The notes beneath the pieces were generated by a model. It had not been told where the DNA came from. It did not search any database and saw nothing but the letters and a program-made list of their open reading frames with translations. The position numbers and the translations under genes were made by a program. Positions 1 to 13,872 of a stretch of 64,000 nucleotides of DNA are shown in pieces. Positions within the stretch are counted from its first letter, which is position 1. The number at the start of each line of letters is the position of its first letter. The DNA comes from Camelus ferus (taxonomy: Eukaryota): the NCBI RefSeq assembly GCF_009834535.1, contig NC_045696.1:120158001-120222000 (forward strand), in the 5' to 3' direction.

Positions 1-70
1 GAGTCTGCATTTCTAAGAGGCTTCCAGGGGATGCTGACTCTGCTAGTCTTCAAATCACCCTTTGAGTAGG
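1..70. mobile_element. MER5-like hAT-Charlie MITE end
   Basis: tctgcatttctaa...ggggatgctga...ctttgagtag resembles a MER5 terminus. Confidence 0.5.
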
Positions 71-427
71 AGGGTTGTACGGTACAGTACAGGATGGAGT
101 AGGAGGCTGAAATACAGTGTAGTATGTTATAGTACGCAATAGGACAGCGCAGGATGGTATCGTGATATGTGGCAAAGTATAGTGTATAGTTATGTCCTAT
201 GGAATAATGTATAATGAAACTCATAAAGCCCAATATTCCTAAATCAACCCCATGTGAAATAGGGGGGTTATTATTATAATACTCAATTATTATGATACTC
301 AATTTCCAGCTGAGAAAAACAAGAGAAAGGTTAGGAAACACAGATGGAAAATCAAGAAGGCAGAGGTTTTGAATTTCCCATCAGTTTTGGTATCGAAAAG
401 CCAGATCCAATTTTGTAGAATATTAAG

Positions 428-655
428 TATATATATATGTATATATATATACATATATATATATGTATATATATACATATATTTAATTGAAGTATAGTCA
501 GTTACAATGTGTCAATTTCTGGTGTACAGCACAATGTCCCAGTCATGAATATACATATATTTTTTTCATATTCTTTTCTATTAAAGGTTATTACAAGATA
601 TCAAATATGGTTGCCTGTGCTCTACAGAAGAAATTTGTTTTTTGATCTATTTCTG
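428..655 (-). mobile_element. L1 3' UTR fragment with (TA)n tail
   Basis: ttgaagtatagtcagttacaatgtgtcaatttctggtgtacagc, a motif that recurs many times in the window. Confidence 0.8.
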
Positions 656-2396
656 TCTAAAGGGTATCACTACTTATCAGTGTCTTTGGTGAATTCAGGA
701 ATCAATTGAAAGGAGTGTGTGTGTAAAATTGTTTTTTTTTTAAATAAGCATGGATTATGGGATGTCCTGTATTAAGCAGTTCAGATTCTTCAGGAATCAA
801 AATCCTATTTTTGTTTTGTTTTGTTTGTATGCAGCTGGGTATTGTCCTAGGGAGGAGAAGAAATATAGGAGTCTAGGTTCTCTTTTCAGATCATTTTGCG
901 CCACCTAGTAAATTAGGATTTATATTTATCTTCAGCTCTGTCTTTTGATTTTTTGGCTTAAATTAGCTGGATACTCTAATAATGGCTGAAACCTAATTAA
1001 TTCTAGAATTCTAGAATCATAACGCTGAATCAGAAAGACCTTAGAGTTTCAACTCTCTCCCTTAACAGGCAAAGAAAATGCTCCTGGCGGTACAGGGATA
1101 ATGCCAGCTGAAAATATTCTGGGGAGAATGCAAATTAGAAATGTTAGAGTAATCTACCACACTGCAAAAAAGAAATTTCTTTTTTCTGAATTTAGATCTG
1201 ATATAGAAATGAGATTTACATCTGCAGAAATTCCTTGTGGTGAATTTCAACTGGAGACTTAAAAGTCAAAACAAAGCCAAGATGTTTTATATGGAAAGAG
1301 AGGAGGAAGGCATTTTCTGTCTTTTTAATTGCAGAAACATATCTGGCCGGCTAGCACAGAGGATATTTAGAAGATTGAACAGTCATGGTTCAGCCCTGGA
1401 TCTCAGATCCCTGAGAAAGTTTAAGCCACTGATTATGACCCTTTTTACTGGTGAAGTGTCCAGTGTTTATTTTCCTCAAAACAACCCTTCCACCCCCAAA
1501 TCTGCAGTTTTGTTTTTATTGATTCTGAGCCAAATACTCCAATGTGTGCTGATCTAAGGGAACAGCGCCTACATGTCCTGGGTTGCCCTGACAATCCCAA
1601 ATTCTGCTTGTTACCCAGAAGTAGATAATAATAGTGGCTCTTTTATGGTTGATAAGTTCCATTTTAAGTTATTCTCACCAATTCTAATCCAAGTGCATCT
1701 GTGACTGCCAGCTTTTGCCTCCTCAGTGGAATTTTGTGGGTGGTCTTATTGTGAGTGGGTGGATATAGCCTGAAACATCAGTGGACCCTCAGGCTCTAGC
1801 TCCGTCCTCCCAGGAGGGCTTCAGGGCTTTTAGGCAGAAGGAACCGTGTATTGGGAATGACTGTCAGTCCTGGTCTTTTCCAACACGTTTTCCTGAAACA
1901 AGGTGGATGCATGTGGGTGGGAGGAAGCTTCCAGGGAAGAAGGGAGTAGTACAGCTCGTGCTGAAAGAAACTCAAGACTCATTATTTTCTTCTACATTTG
2001 TTTGGAGAGCATTTAATGAGGATGTGTGTTAGATCCTGGGAAAGTAGGATGACATAGTCCCTACTATGAGGGACTCTTTGTTCAGAGAGAGAGAAGGTCA
2101 AGTGAAGTAAGAGTGGATACACAGGGACATTTAATCACTCAGCTTGAGGATCTGGGGACATGAGTCACAGAGAGATTTAGGGAGGGCAGTCACTTGAACT
2201 ACAATTTGGAGGACATAATATGAGTTAGCCAAGCTGGGGTGGAAGGGATGGGAAAGGACCTCTGGCTAGAGGGAATAGGACCTGCAGAGGCATTGTGTAT
2301 GTTTTGTACCAGTTAACTTTTGCTGTGTAACAAGCCATCCCCCTCAATTAAATAAAAAAACACCATTATTTAGCTTACCCTTCTGTGGGTTGGCTG

Positions 2397-2876
2397 TGTT
2401 GCCAGAGAGTAGGTTCTTGCACAGGAAAGGATTCAAGAGTGAGCCATAGTAAAGTGAAAGCAAGCTGACTTAGAGAGGTACACATTCCATAGGCAGAATG
2501 CGTCCATCTCAGAAGAGATACTGACCACGAGGTCTGGGGGTTGTCGGTGTTTATGGGCTGGGTAATTTCATATGCTAACAAGTGGGAGGATTATTCCAAC
2601 TATTTGGGGGAAAGAGTAGGTAGGGATCCCCAGGAATTGGGCCATCACCCACTTTTTGACCTTTTATGGTCAGCCTTGAAACTGTCATGGCACCTGTGGG
2701 AGTGCCATCTAGCGTGCTAATATATTCCAGTGAGCATATAATGAGGCTCAGGGTCTACTGGAAGTTGAATCTTCTGCCATCTTGGTGCTAATTGGTTCTA
2801 ACCAGTTTATGTCCTATCCTCAATGGCTGTGTCATTCTTTTAGTGGTTGCACCCTGTCCTCTTCCCTCTTGTCTCA
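2397..2876 (-). mobile_element. ERV1-type solo LTR inserted in a MaLR (MLT1) remnant
   Basis: TG...CA ends, 4-bp flanks gctg/actg, about 480 bp. Confidence 0.7.
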
Positions 2877-2978
2877 ACTGGAGGTCCTTCTTGCAGAGCC
2901 AGCTTGGTTGATATCTTCTGGGCTGGGTTGTGTGTCTACAGATAACTAATTTGATTTTCTTCTCCTTCACCTTCAAAG

Positions 2979-3313
2979 GATGCCACATAGATTTGTCTGT
3001 AGGAATTGATGTCTCCACCCCCACGAGGCAAATTCAGCAGTCGCTTGAAGGGTTACTGCCAGAGCTGATGCAAGAGCTGGCCTTGCCTTCCAACATCAGC
3101 TGTAGCCTTCCCGGTCAGACCAACGTGATGTTCCGCTACATGGTTCCTGGCTCAAGTGGCCAGCTCATCTTTGACTCAGGTTTTGAAAAGTACAGTGATG
3201 GGAGAATTCAGAAGTTCTTGATTCAGCAGGCTGCCAATAGCAACCACATGGATGTGGATTTTTTGCAGTCCCTGGGAGATAGTGCTCTCCATCTCTCTTC
3301 TGCTAAAGTGAAG
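2979..3313 (+). CDS. COL6A4: Exon, N1 vWA part 1 ([13 protein letters not shown]...SSAKVK), 335 nt
   Basis: ttcaaag|GATGC...GTGAAG|gtaaca; lies within ORF 2930..3367; phase 1 to 0. Confidence 0.92.
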
Positions 3314-3695
3314 GTAACAAATGCTGAGAACCCACATTATCGAACCATTAGGCATGGGGAGGGATAAGGCTTTTGGGACTGAGGACAAATAAACTGTTCT
3401 TCACTGAGGATCTTGCATAGAGGAAAACTAGTCTTACTCAGTCAAGATTGACAAGAGATGTGTTTTCATTCAATCAACAAGTGTTTAGTAAGCACTAGGG
3501 GCTCTTTGCTGAATGTCAGTAGAGGTAAAAGGATAAAGTCACTGCCCTCGGGTTGCCCACAGCTTAGTGATCCAGGTTTTCCACGACATAAATTTCTTCC
3601 AAAGACAGCTTGGAGGATGTTAGCTCCTCATGGTCACTCATTGTAAGAACCCGTTATTTCTCTTTCTTTCTTTCACTCTCTCTCTTTCATGATTT

Positions 3696-3762
<67 letters not shown>

Positions 3763-6700
3763 TTTTAATTGACATATAGTCAATTTCCAATGTTGGGTGT
3801 ACAGCATCATGTTTCATATACATACATCTATTCCTTTTCATATTCTTTTTTGTCATCATTTACTACAAGATATTTAATATAGTTTCCTGTGCTATTTAGT
3901 AGAACTCTGTTGTTTATCTTTTTTATATATAGTAGTTAGTATCTGCTGATCTCAAACTCCCAATTTATCCCTTCCCAACCCCTTCCCCACTCTGGTAACC
4001 ATAAGTTTGTAGGACCCATTGTTTTTGTAATCAGCCCCCTGAGCCATCTTTAGTGACAGTTAATGGCTTGTTAGCATAACCCCCCTCCTCCCTTTCTGCT
4101 GCCCCAGAACCATGCACCCACAGAAGTCACAGAGGTAAAAAGATCTCATATGACATCTATTAGGAAACGACCTCCCCAAACTTTGAAAGTTACATTGAGT
4201 TTTTCCTTCCATCGTGCATCCGATGGATTTATTTCTTAAAAAAAGTAATTCACTTTTTAAATTCAATTTTTCTATGAGTAAAGGTAACATAGATAAAGAA
4301 CATTGTAAGACAATTTTTGGACGATATCTTTAAGTGAACACATTAAGCTGCTTCAAATTCTTTTTCAGCGGTGGGGGGTGTGTGTGGGAGGACATGGAGG
4401 ACAAGTGAGTGTGTAATAAAGTAACAAATGAATGGGTAAAATGGAACAGAACAGGGTGAAAGGCTGGTTATAGCTTACCCTTACATTTTTTAAGAAACGT
4501 GCAATTTACAGCATCGATCTTTTCCATTGCCCCTCCCCTCTGTCCTCCCTTCTTCTTCCTTCTCCCTGGTCCCTCTGTTCCTGCATCTCCCATACCCCCC
4601 TCTCATAAACAACAGGTCCTTTTAGTGTTTACAGATGGATTGGATGATGATTTAGAGAGACTGAAGGAAACGTCCCAGCTTCTCCGCAGCAAAGGTAAGT
4701 GCATGGTGTTGTTCCTCCCACAGGGGCAGAGATGATCTTTCAGATTCCGGATGGCCCAGGAATCTCTGAGCCCCCGAAGGCTAAGCCAGGTATTTGGAGC
4801 TCAGTGCCCACAAGGCTGCTGCCCAGTTTCTGGCTTCGTATGAATCAGGGGGCTATTGAGGGCTGAGAGACCCCTAGGTCTCTCTGACTGAGACAGGGCT
4901 GACCAGTTACCAGTCCAGCATCTGGTTCAGAAGGTTGTGGGTGCAACCCCTGCTTCGTGGGAAGTGGGTCCTCTCTGCTCTTTTGAGCTACCCAGGGGTC
5001 CAACCGTCTCTCTTTCCTAAACTCTAAAATCACCCTAAAGCTTCGTCTTACTTTTTCTACTGTCCTTCCTCCCTGATTCTTCTTTATCCATCTCCAAGGG
5101 CTGCTGCATGCATATGTGTATATGTACATATATATGCATATAATCAAAGTATAGTTGGTTTGCATTATTATATTAGTTTCAGGTGTCCAACATAGTGATT
5201 TGATATTTTTACAAATTATACTCCATTTAAAGTTATTATAAAATATTGGTTATATTCCCTGTGCTGTACAATATATCCGTGTAGCCTATTTATTTTATAC
5301 ATAATAGTTTGTATTTCTTAATTCCCTCCCCCAACTTGCCACTCCCCTCTGTCTCTCCCCACTGGTAACCACTAGTGTGTTCTCTTTATCTGTTAGTCTG
5401 TTTCTGTTTTGTTATATTCATTTGTTTGTTTTATTTTTTAGGTTCCCCACATAAGTGATAAATAACATAGTCTTATCTTTATCTGATTTATTTCACTAAA
5501 AGTGATACCCTCCAGGTCCAACTATGTTGTTGCAAATGGCAAGATTTCATTCTTTCTATGACTGAGTAGTATACCTTGAATATACAGTTGACCTTTGAAC
5601 AACCGGGGGTTAGGGGCACCAACCCTGAGTACAGTTGAAGACCCATGTATAACTATATTATTGCAGAAAAATGTGTGACAGCTCAGTGGTACAGCTCAGT
5701 GTTATGGCTTGGTGTTACAGCTCAGTTGTGACAGCAACCTGGATCCGGGTGAGAGACCAAGCAGCACTCGGAGAGTTGGAGAACTCAGGTTTATTATGCC
5801 GGCGGGCCCAGAGGAGTTAACACTCCAAGCTCTGGACCCCATCTGTAGGTTTACACAGGCTTTTAATAGGCTGCCAGTTTACACTTTGCAACGTCATATG
5901 CAAATAAGGTATAACAATAGCTGTCTAATTAGGACCAATCAGGAGGGAAAGAAATAACCAATCAGGAGTAAGCTCCATGCAAGTGAAATACTACAAATGG
6001 ACCAATCAGAAGTTAGGGAAATGGACCAATCAGGAATGAAGGAAATAACCAATCAGGAGTGAGCTCAGGGAACAAATAGAATTTTAGGGATAAGTTCCAC
6101 TTTCCTAGAAGTAAGCTGTTCCAGAGGCAAAAATTGATCTAGAGCCACTGGGCCAGGGAACTGGGTGGTGCTGGCAGGAGAGTAGTGGCCCTGCCTGGGG
6201 GTCCTTCCGGTCTTTTTTATGGGGCTTCCCACCTCAATATAACCTCTGTATCCACAATTCATCCATAGTTGAATCCACAGATTCAACCAGCCATGCATCA
6301 TGTAGGACTATAGTGGTTATTTATTGAAAAAAATCCGCATGTAAGTGAACCCATGCAGTTCAAAGCCATGTTGTTCATAGGTCAACTGTATATACCACAT
6401 CTTCTTTATCCATTCCTCTATTGATGGACATTTAGGTTGCTTCCATATCTTGGCTATTTTAAAAACTGCTTCTATGAACACTGGGTGCATGTATCTTTTT
6501 GAGTTAGTGCCTTCATTTTTGTTGGAAACATACTGAAGAGTGGAATTTCTGGATCATTTGTTAGTTCTGTATCTAGTTTTTTGAGAAACCTCTATATTAT
6601 TTTCCATTGTGGCTGCATCAATTTACATTTCCACCAACAGTGTACAAAAGTTCCATTTTCTCTACATCCTTGCCAGTATATGTTATTTGTAGACTTTTTG

Positions 6701-9700
6701 ATGATAGCCATTCTGACAGGTGTGAGATTATATTTTACTGTGATTTTCATTTGCATTTCTCTGATGATTAAGGATATTGAGCATCTTTCCCTGTGCCTGT
6801 TGGCCATCTGTATGTCTTCTTCGTAAAAAGGTCTATTCAGGTCTTCTGCCCATTTTTTGATTGAGTTGTATGTTTTTTGATATTGAGTTTATGAGATGCT
6901 TATATATTTTGAGTATTGACCCCTTATTGGTCATATCATTTGCAAATATTTATCCCATTCAGTAGATTGCCTTGGTTTTGTTGATGGTTTCCTTTGCTGT
7001 GCAAAAGCTTTTACATTTAATTAGATCCTATTGTTTTTGCTTTTGTTTTCTTGCCAGATCCAAAAAATTATTGCTGCAGTTTATGTCAAAGAGTGTTTTG
7101 CCTGTTTTTTTTTGAAGTGTTTTATGGTTTTTGGTCTTACATTTAGGTCTTTAATCCATTTTGAGTTTATTTTTGAGGTTTATATAATGTGAGAAAATGT
7201 TCTAATTTCATTGTTTTACATGTAGCTGTTCAGTTTTCCCAGCACCACTTATTGAAGAGACTGTCTTTTCTCCATTGTATGTTTTTGCCTCCTTTGTCAT
7301 AGATTAGTTGACCTTAGGTGTGTGGGTTTATTTATAGTCTCTGTATTCTGTTTCATTGATCTCTGTGTCTGCTTTTGTGCCAGTATGTGTCTGTTTTGAC
7401 GACTGTAGCTTTGTAATATAGTCTGAAGTCAGGGAGCATGTTACCTCCAGCTTTGTTATTTTTCTCTTAAGATTGCTTTAGCAAATCAGGGTCTTTCATG
7501 GTTCCATATAAATTTTAGGATCATTTGTTCTAGTTCTGTGAAAACTGTCATGGGTACTTTACTAAGGATTGCATTAAGCGGAATATTTTCTGACAATTTG
7601 CTTTCAACTGAATTTACTGCATAGATTTCCACTGAAAGTTTAAAATGTTGCAACTTTTCTGGAAGGGAACTGGGAGTTCATGACAAAGGACTGCAAACTT
7701 TGCCTACGAGCTAGGTCAGCAATTCCATTTCCAAGAATTTATTTTGAGGAGTAATTAAGAATTTGTATACAACTTTTAACCACAGGATTTTAAAGCAGTT
7801 TGTTTACCATAGCCAAGAGCTGATGTGTGTGCATGTGTGTGTGAATTTACTGTTTAAGTATTAACGGTAATATTTGTTTGGAAATTCTACTGTGACTTCT
7901 GGCCAGATTTGAGAAATGTTCTTGTCACTATGTTTTCTGTTACATGGAAAAAGCCAGATGATCTCTCAGTGTCTGCATCAGTAGGAGACGGTTGTTATTC
8001 TGCAATGACCACCTTCAAATCTCAGTGGCTTAAGCTAGCAAGACTGTCTCCATCTTGTACCTCATGCCCTTTCGTCCATGCCTCTTTCTTATCAGTCGAA
8101 GACCCAGGCTGAAGGAGGGATCTGTTTCTGTGGGAGGGGAAAGAAAATGGGCTGAAGTGTGCACTGCTCTTAAAATTTCTCCCAGGGAGTGGCCAGTGTC
8201 ACCTCTGCTCATATTTCATTGGTCAGAGCTAGCCGTGCGGACAGTTGTAACTTTCATGAGATAATATTTTTGCAGGTAAAGAATTGGGGCTTAATGAGAG
8301 CTTATAATTTCCCCAAAAAAGTGAAATCCTACCTCATGCTCTTCAGTAGAGGAACCAGAATATTTGTGAACAGCCCGCAAGATGGTCACAGAGTAAACCA
8401 CAAGTCTACTTCAAGCATGGGGTTAAAGGATGTAACTTCATACTGTAACAGGGGAAAACTCTCTTTCAAATAGAAAACTGGGGTTATAAGAGCCCTGAGG
8501 GTCCTTTGTGGTTCCATCTAACTGTTTGACTTTCAGCTGCAGGGATTGAAAGATGTCAGACCAATTCTTCAAGAAGGCATGTCATGAGCTAGCTTTGATT
8601 TTAAAAGAAATGCAGTTTGAGACAAGATTTATGAGGCTGTAGGAGGGGTGATGGATATTGGGGCCCAAAGACAGACCATTCAAAAGATGTGCAAGGAAAT
8701 CCCCCACCTGTTGGTGTTTTGAAGGATTCTCTGGACTCCTTACTATTGGCCTGGAAGGTGTGTATAAATTGGAGGAGCTCCAGGAGCTAGAATTTGGCAG
8801 AGGATTTGCGTATCATCAACCTCTCAGCATCACACTGCCATCTCTCCCGAGCATCTTATGGAAGCAACTTGTAAGTTGTTTTTAGATTTTAAATTAATTA
8901 ATTACTTTTTTATTGAAGTATAGTCAGTTTACAATGTTGTGTCAATTTCTGGTGGTAGTTTGTTTTTGACACCATCCTTCACCAGATCTGTACATTCTAA
9001 TAACTTTAAAAACCTTGAGGGAATTTTGTTTCTTTAGCGTGTCATGTGACGTAAGTTCATACAGATGAAAAAAAAAATTGTACGTGATGTGGATTCTGTT
9101 TTCAGGACACAATTGTAGAAAGAACGTGCTGCAATACGTATGCAAAGTGTTTTGGAGACGACGGGCACAGAGGTGATGGTGGGAGCCCTGGGAGGAAGGT
9201 GAGGATTTGTTGGGGGGGTGTGTGGGAGAGAGATGACATTTCGTATCCACTGCACACCAGCCTGTGTTATGCCTTTAACACGCCTTTTTTAGTTCTGTGC
9301 TCTTTACAACCTATTTTACAGGTGTGAAATCGAGGCTCAGAGAGGGAACACCACTTTCCCCAAAGTTGCATGGTTGCCAAGAGATATTTTTGGATTTAAG
9401 CCCCTATGTCTCCCTGACTCCAAGGCGTACTTCCTGTCCACCCTATTGTGCTGTCTACTTATATTTATTTTACAGACACTTTCCCTAACTCTAGGACTGA
9501 GTGATAGGAAAAAGATCACTTCATGCTTTTCAGGGAGAATCTTGTTAGAAACGGTCCTCAGCTATCCAGGGACACAGGTTTCCATTCTCACGGGACGACA
9601 GCTTTACGATGGGGGTATAATCACCAATTCACGTGTAAGGTTGAATCACACCCATGGGCTTTCATGTTCTCTTGTAAGGTTTCCCATGAGGTGGTTGGAA

Positions 9701-12700
9701 TGAGCTCTTCCTGCCTTTGCAGATCAATCTTAATTTTGAACAGTGTATAATTACTTTTTGAAAAATAAATTATAATTATGCCCCAGCACTAGAATTTTCT
9801 CCCCTCTTGTTGTTCTTAAATATGGGATTGGAGGTTCAGAAAATCAAGCCTGGGAATCTCTTGACATGTTTTTTGGCAACTTGAGGACCATGCCTCAAAG
9901 GCCAAAGATGGGAGTGTCCTGAATTCTTGACTTCTCTGCTCAGAATTCAGTGCTTGGTCATGTTACTTTCATATCTTTGTTAATTACAAGGAGACTATGG
10001 CTCCCACATCTTGTTGACCAGGTTTTAGACTAAATAAACACCTCTGGCTATAAAATGTTAAGCCAAACTTCCTTGACAGGAAATGGTTTGTGGGTTTAGT
10101 TATCTAAGGAGAGTAAAAAAAAGAGAGAATAAACAGTTTAGTCACACAGAAATAAGCAACCATTTCTCATAAGTAATGCGGGCTGTAACACCTTTGTTTA
10201 CTGACGTTTTGTAAAACCAGCTCAAAGCCCCCTTTAAAGTAATAGTCTTTCCTGAAATGTTTAATTAGAAACTAGTTTTGGCTTTGGTTTTCACAATAGC
10301 ATGGCTTAAAAGATATTTTAGAAAAATAAAAATAGGCTGGGGTCCCGGACTATAAAGACAAACAGGTATGCAAGTTTCACTCTAAGACAGGCCAACAGTG
10401 CCTCTACGTCTCTGTGTGTTACACTCCACATTTAGTAGAATCTCAGTAAAACGTCAACTCAGTGAAACAACGGTATCTATTAGTAACCATTTTTATTTCA
10501 CATAGATTTGAGAAATGAAGGATTTGGAGTCCAAATTATTTATTTTGATTTTTTCTCAGGGAGAGAGGGGTTTTGATGGATTTCCTGGTCACCCTGGTGA
10601 AGAAGGTGGTCCTGTAAGTACTGAATCTGTTTTTCTCTTTGAGGGAATATGGTAAATGGGTCAACTATTAGGAATACTTAATTGCATTAAGCCATCAAAG
10701 TTTTTCACATCCATGCCATTTAAGGTGGATTTAAAATATCTATATAAAAATAATCATCTGTTACAACAAATGTTTGGTGGACTGAGTTTGTAAAGATATA
10801 ATCTCCAGAAGGTGTTTGGTGATGAAGTATGGTCATTTTGGTTTTTAGTCAGTGATTCTTGGACAACTGAAAATGTGTTCTGTGTTTAACAGGCATACAT
10901 TGAAGAGCAGTTCTTAATCATGAGCTGAATAACAGGTAGTTTGTTACCATTAAGGAGACAGCCATGCTTGTAAGTGGTTTAACAGAATCAATTAAAGAAC
11001 TAAGGCTGTTCTTACAAGATCACTCAGATGCCTTCCTGAGTGACTGAAAAGGTGATGGAGTTGTCATCACCTGCGGACAATTTGTATGTAACCCTGGATA
11101 CATCCCTGGGCAAAGAAAAGTTACCACGTGATTGGCTGTGGAGAACAATGTGTGTTACAGAGACAGTTGTTAGCTTGGGGACTGGAATGTGGTTGGGACC
11201 ATCTTTATTACATCATATAAATACTGAAAGGATTTTAAAAGCCCATCATTTTCAGTTAATTTTAAATGATGGGAAACCACTCACCCACAGGGGTCAATTT
11301 TAAAGCTGACTTGTATATACTACTGATTCTTACACTTTTTGGTCTCAAGATAGCTTTGCATTCTAAAAGATTATGGAGCTTGAAGAGCTTTTGTTGGTGT
11401 GGTTTCTAGCTACCGATATTTACCATGTTAGAAATTAAAATTGAAGCAATTTAAAATCATTTATTTTCTTTCAAAATAATAAAAATAAACCCATAACATA
11501 AATCACGTATTCCTTTATGAAAAATAACTATTTTCCCAAACAAAATACATTAGTGAGAAGAGTGGCATTGTTTTATGTGTTTTCAAATGTCTTTAACGTC
11601 TAGCTTATTAGAAGGCAGCTGGATTGGTATATCTGCTTCTGTGTTGAGTCTGTTGTGATACCGCTTGCTTTGTGACCTCTTAAAAACTACTGTACACAGA
11701 CATAGAGAACAAAGTTATGGTTACCAAGGGGTAGAAGGGGTGGGAAGGGATAAATTTGTAGTTCAAAAATTGCATCTCTTGGGGAGCAATGGAAGTGTTA
11801 GCTGTCTTGATTGTGGTGGTGGTTTCATGGGTGTACACATCTATCAAAATTCATCAAATTGTACATCTGAAATATGTGTAGTTTACTGTACAGAAATTAT
11901 ACCACAATAAAGTTTTTTTAAAACTGTGCTGTACACTTGGGAAAGAATATGAATGAAAAAGGAAAAGACAGCATTTTAGTGTAATTGGGAAAAAAGTTTT
12001 AACTTTGTGAGCATCCCCTCCCAAAGGGTCTTGGGGGCCTGAGGGGTCTTTGGGCCAAACTTTTCACACTCCTGGTATACACAAGCATTAGTGTTTTAAT
12101 TGCCCCAGTTAGAGTAGTCTGTTGATTATTAGAATCTTTAGGTTGCCTGAGCTTGGAAAGGAAGCAGAAATTAGAGAAAAATGCAGCCACTGAGATTTGT
12201 GTAAGCCCACCCTTTTCTTTGGTGATGTTTGTGGGAGAATCACTCCACTTTCCTCTTTATTTTGCTTCAGTAAGCGTAGTCTCAGATGTTAGAAATACAT
12301 TCAGAAATGTGAATTGTGAGCTTCCATGATTTTGCTGAGCAGTAGTGAAATTATTTCTTCCTGTTTTTACGATGTTTTAAAATGTCTTTTAAGTGTTATT
12401 TTTTCTGCTTGGCCTCTGGTTTCATAATATGCCTGATCAAAGTTAAGAGAATAACTTAAGGTCTGACCAGCCCATTAGGACGACTGACGCCAATTTCAGA
12501 CAACTTGGATAAGCCAGCAATGCCTGTCTAGGGTGGAGGATGATTTTGTCCCCTTACTCTGCTGTCTCAACATCTCAAAACCAACATATTTTATAAAGAC
12601 CGTCTAGTACAGAGCTAGAAATAGAATGTGAGTGACATATGTAATTTTATATAATGAAAAAGTTTTTAGTAGCAAACTTAAAGAAAGTAAAAAAAAACAG

Positions 12701-13798
12701 GCAAAGTTATCTTTATTAGCATATTTTATTTAACCCAATATATCCAAGATGTAATCATTTCAACATGTAATTAATATAAATATTGATGAGATAATTTGCT
12801 TTTAAAAATATGCTACTTTGTAATCCAGTGTGTATCTGCATTTAGAGCTCAATTGGACTAGACACATTTTAAGGTCTCAGCAGCCACCTGTGGTTACTGA
12901 TTGTGACAGTGCCTTCTGTAGGACTCATTCTCTTTTTGTTTCATTTCTCACAAGATAGGTGACTTCAAACTACATCATCCTCTGAGTGGCTTTTTTTTTT
13001 TTTAAGTGAAGTATAGTCAGTTACAATGTGTCAATTTCTGGTATACAGCATGTTTCAGTCATACATATACATACATATATTCATTTTCATACTTTTTCAT
13101 TATAGGTTACCTCAAGATAGTGATTACAGTTCCCTGCGCTGTACAGTAGAAACTTGTTGCTTATTTTATATATAGTATCTACAAATTTTGAACTCCTGAT
13201 GAATAGCTTTTTTAAAAATTGACGTATAGTAGGTTTACAATGTTGTGTTAATTTCTGGTGTATAGCATATTGATTTGGTTATACACATACATATATATTC
13301 TTTTCCACATTCTTTTTCACTATAGGCTATGACAAGGTATTGAATATAGCTCTATGTACTATACAGTAGGACTTTGTTGTTTGTCTATTTTATGTATAGT
13401 AGTTGGTATCTGCAAATCCCGAACTCCCAATTTATCTGTCCTCACCCCCATTCCCCCGGGTAACCATAAGTTTGTTTTCTGTGCCTGTGAGTCTGTCTGT
13501 GTTTTGTAGATAAGTTCATTTGTGTCATTTTTAAAAGATTCCACATATAAGTGATATCATGTGGTATTTCTCTTTCTCTTCCTGGCTGGCTTCACCTAGT
13601 ATGACAATGGCTTTTAATGTCGCTTCTCCACAAAGCAGATCAGGCTGGTCTCCTCTATGGCAGAGACAGCTCTTGCTGGTGGCCAGGTTTCAGAATCTGC
13701 CCAGAATTCGTAGGTTCAAGAACGTTCAAAGTGTAGGAAGACAGATAACGAACTCATTGTTCCCATTATCTTTCCATCCCCGCTCCCACTTCCCAAAT

Positions 13799-13872
<74 letters not shown>

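Larger units (their letters stand above)
5135..7578 (-). mobile_element. 5'-truncated L1 (ORF2 C-terminus and 3' UTR), interrupted at 5585-6388
   Basis: ORF 6592..6807 (-) [26 protein letters not shown] is L1 ORF2. Confidence 0.9.

Noticed and set aside
5930..6060. Regularly spaced direct repeats resembling a CRISPR array
   Set aside because: Units are 9 bp with related spacers inside an LTR in mammalian DNA; no cas genes.
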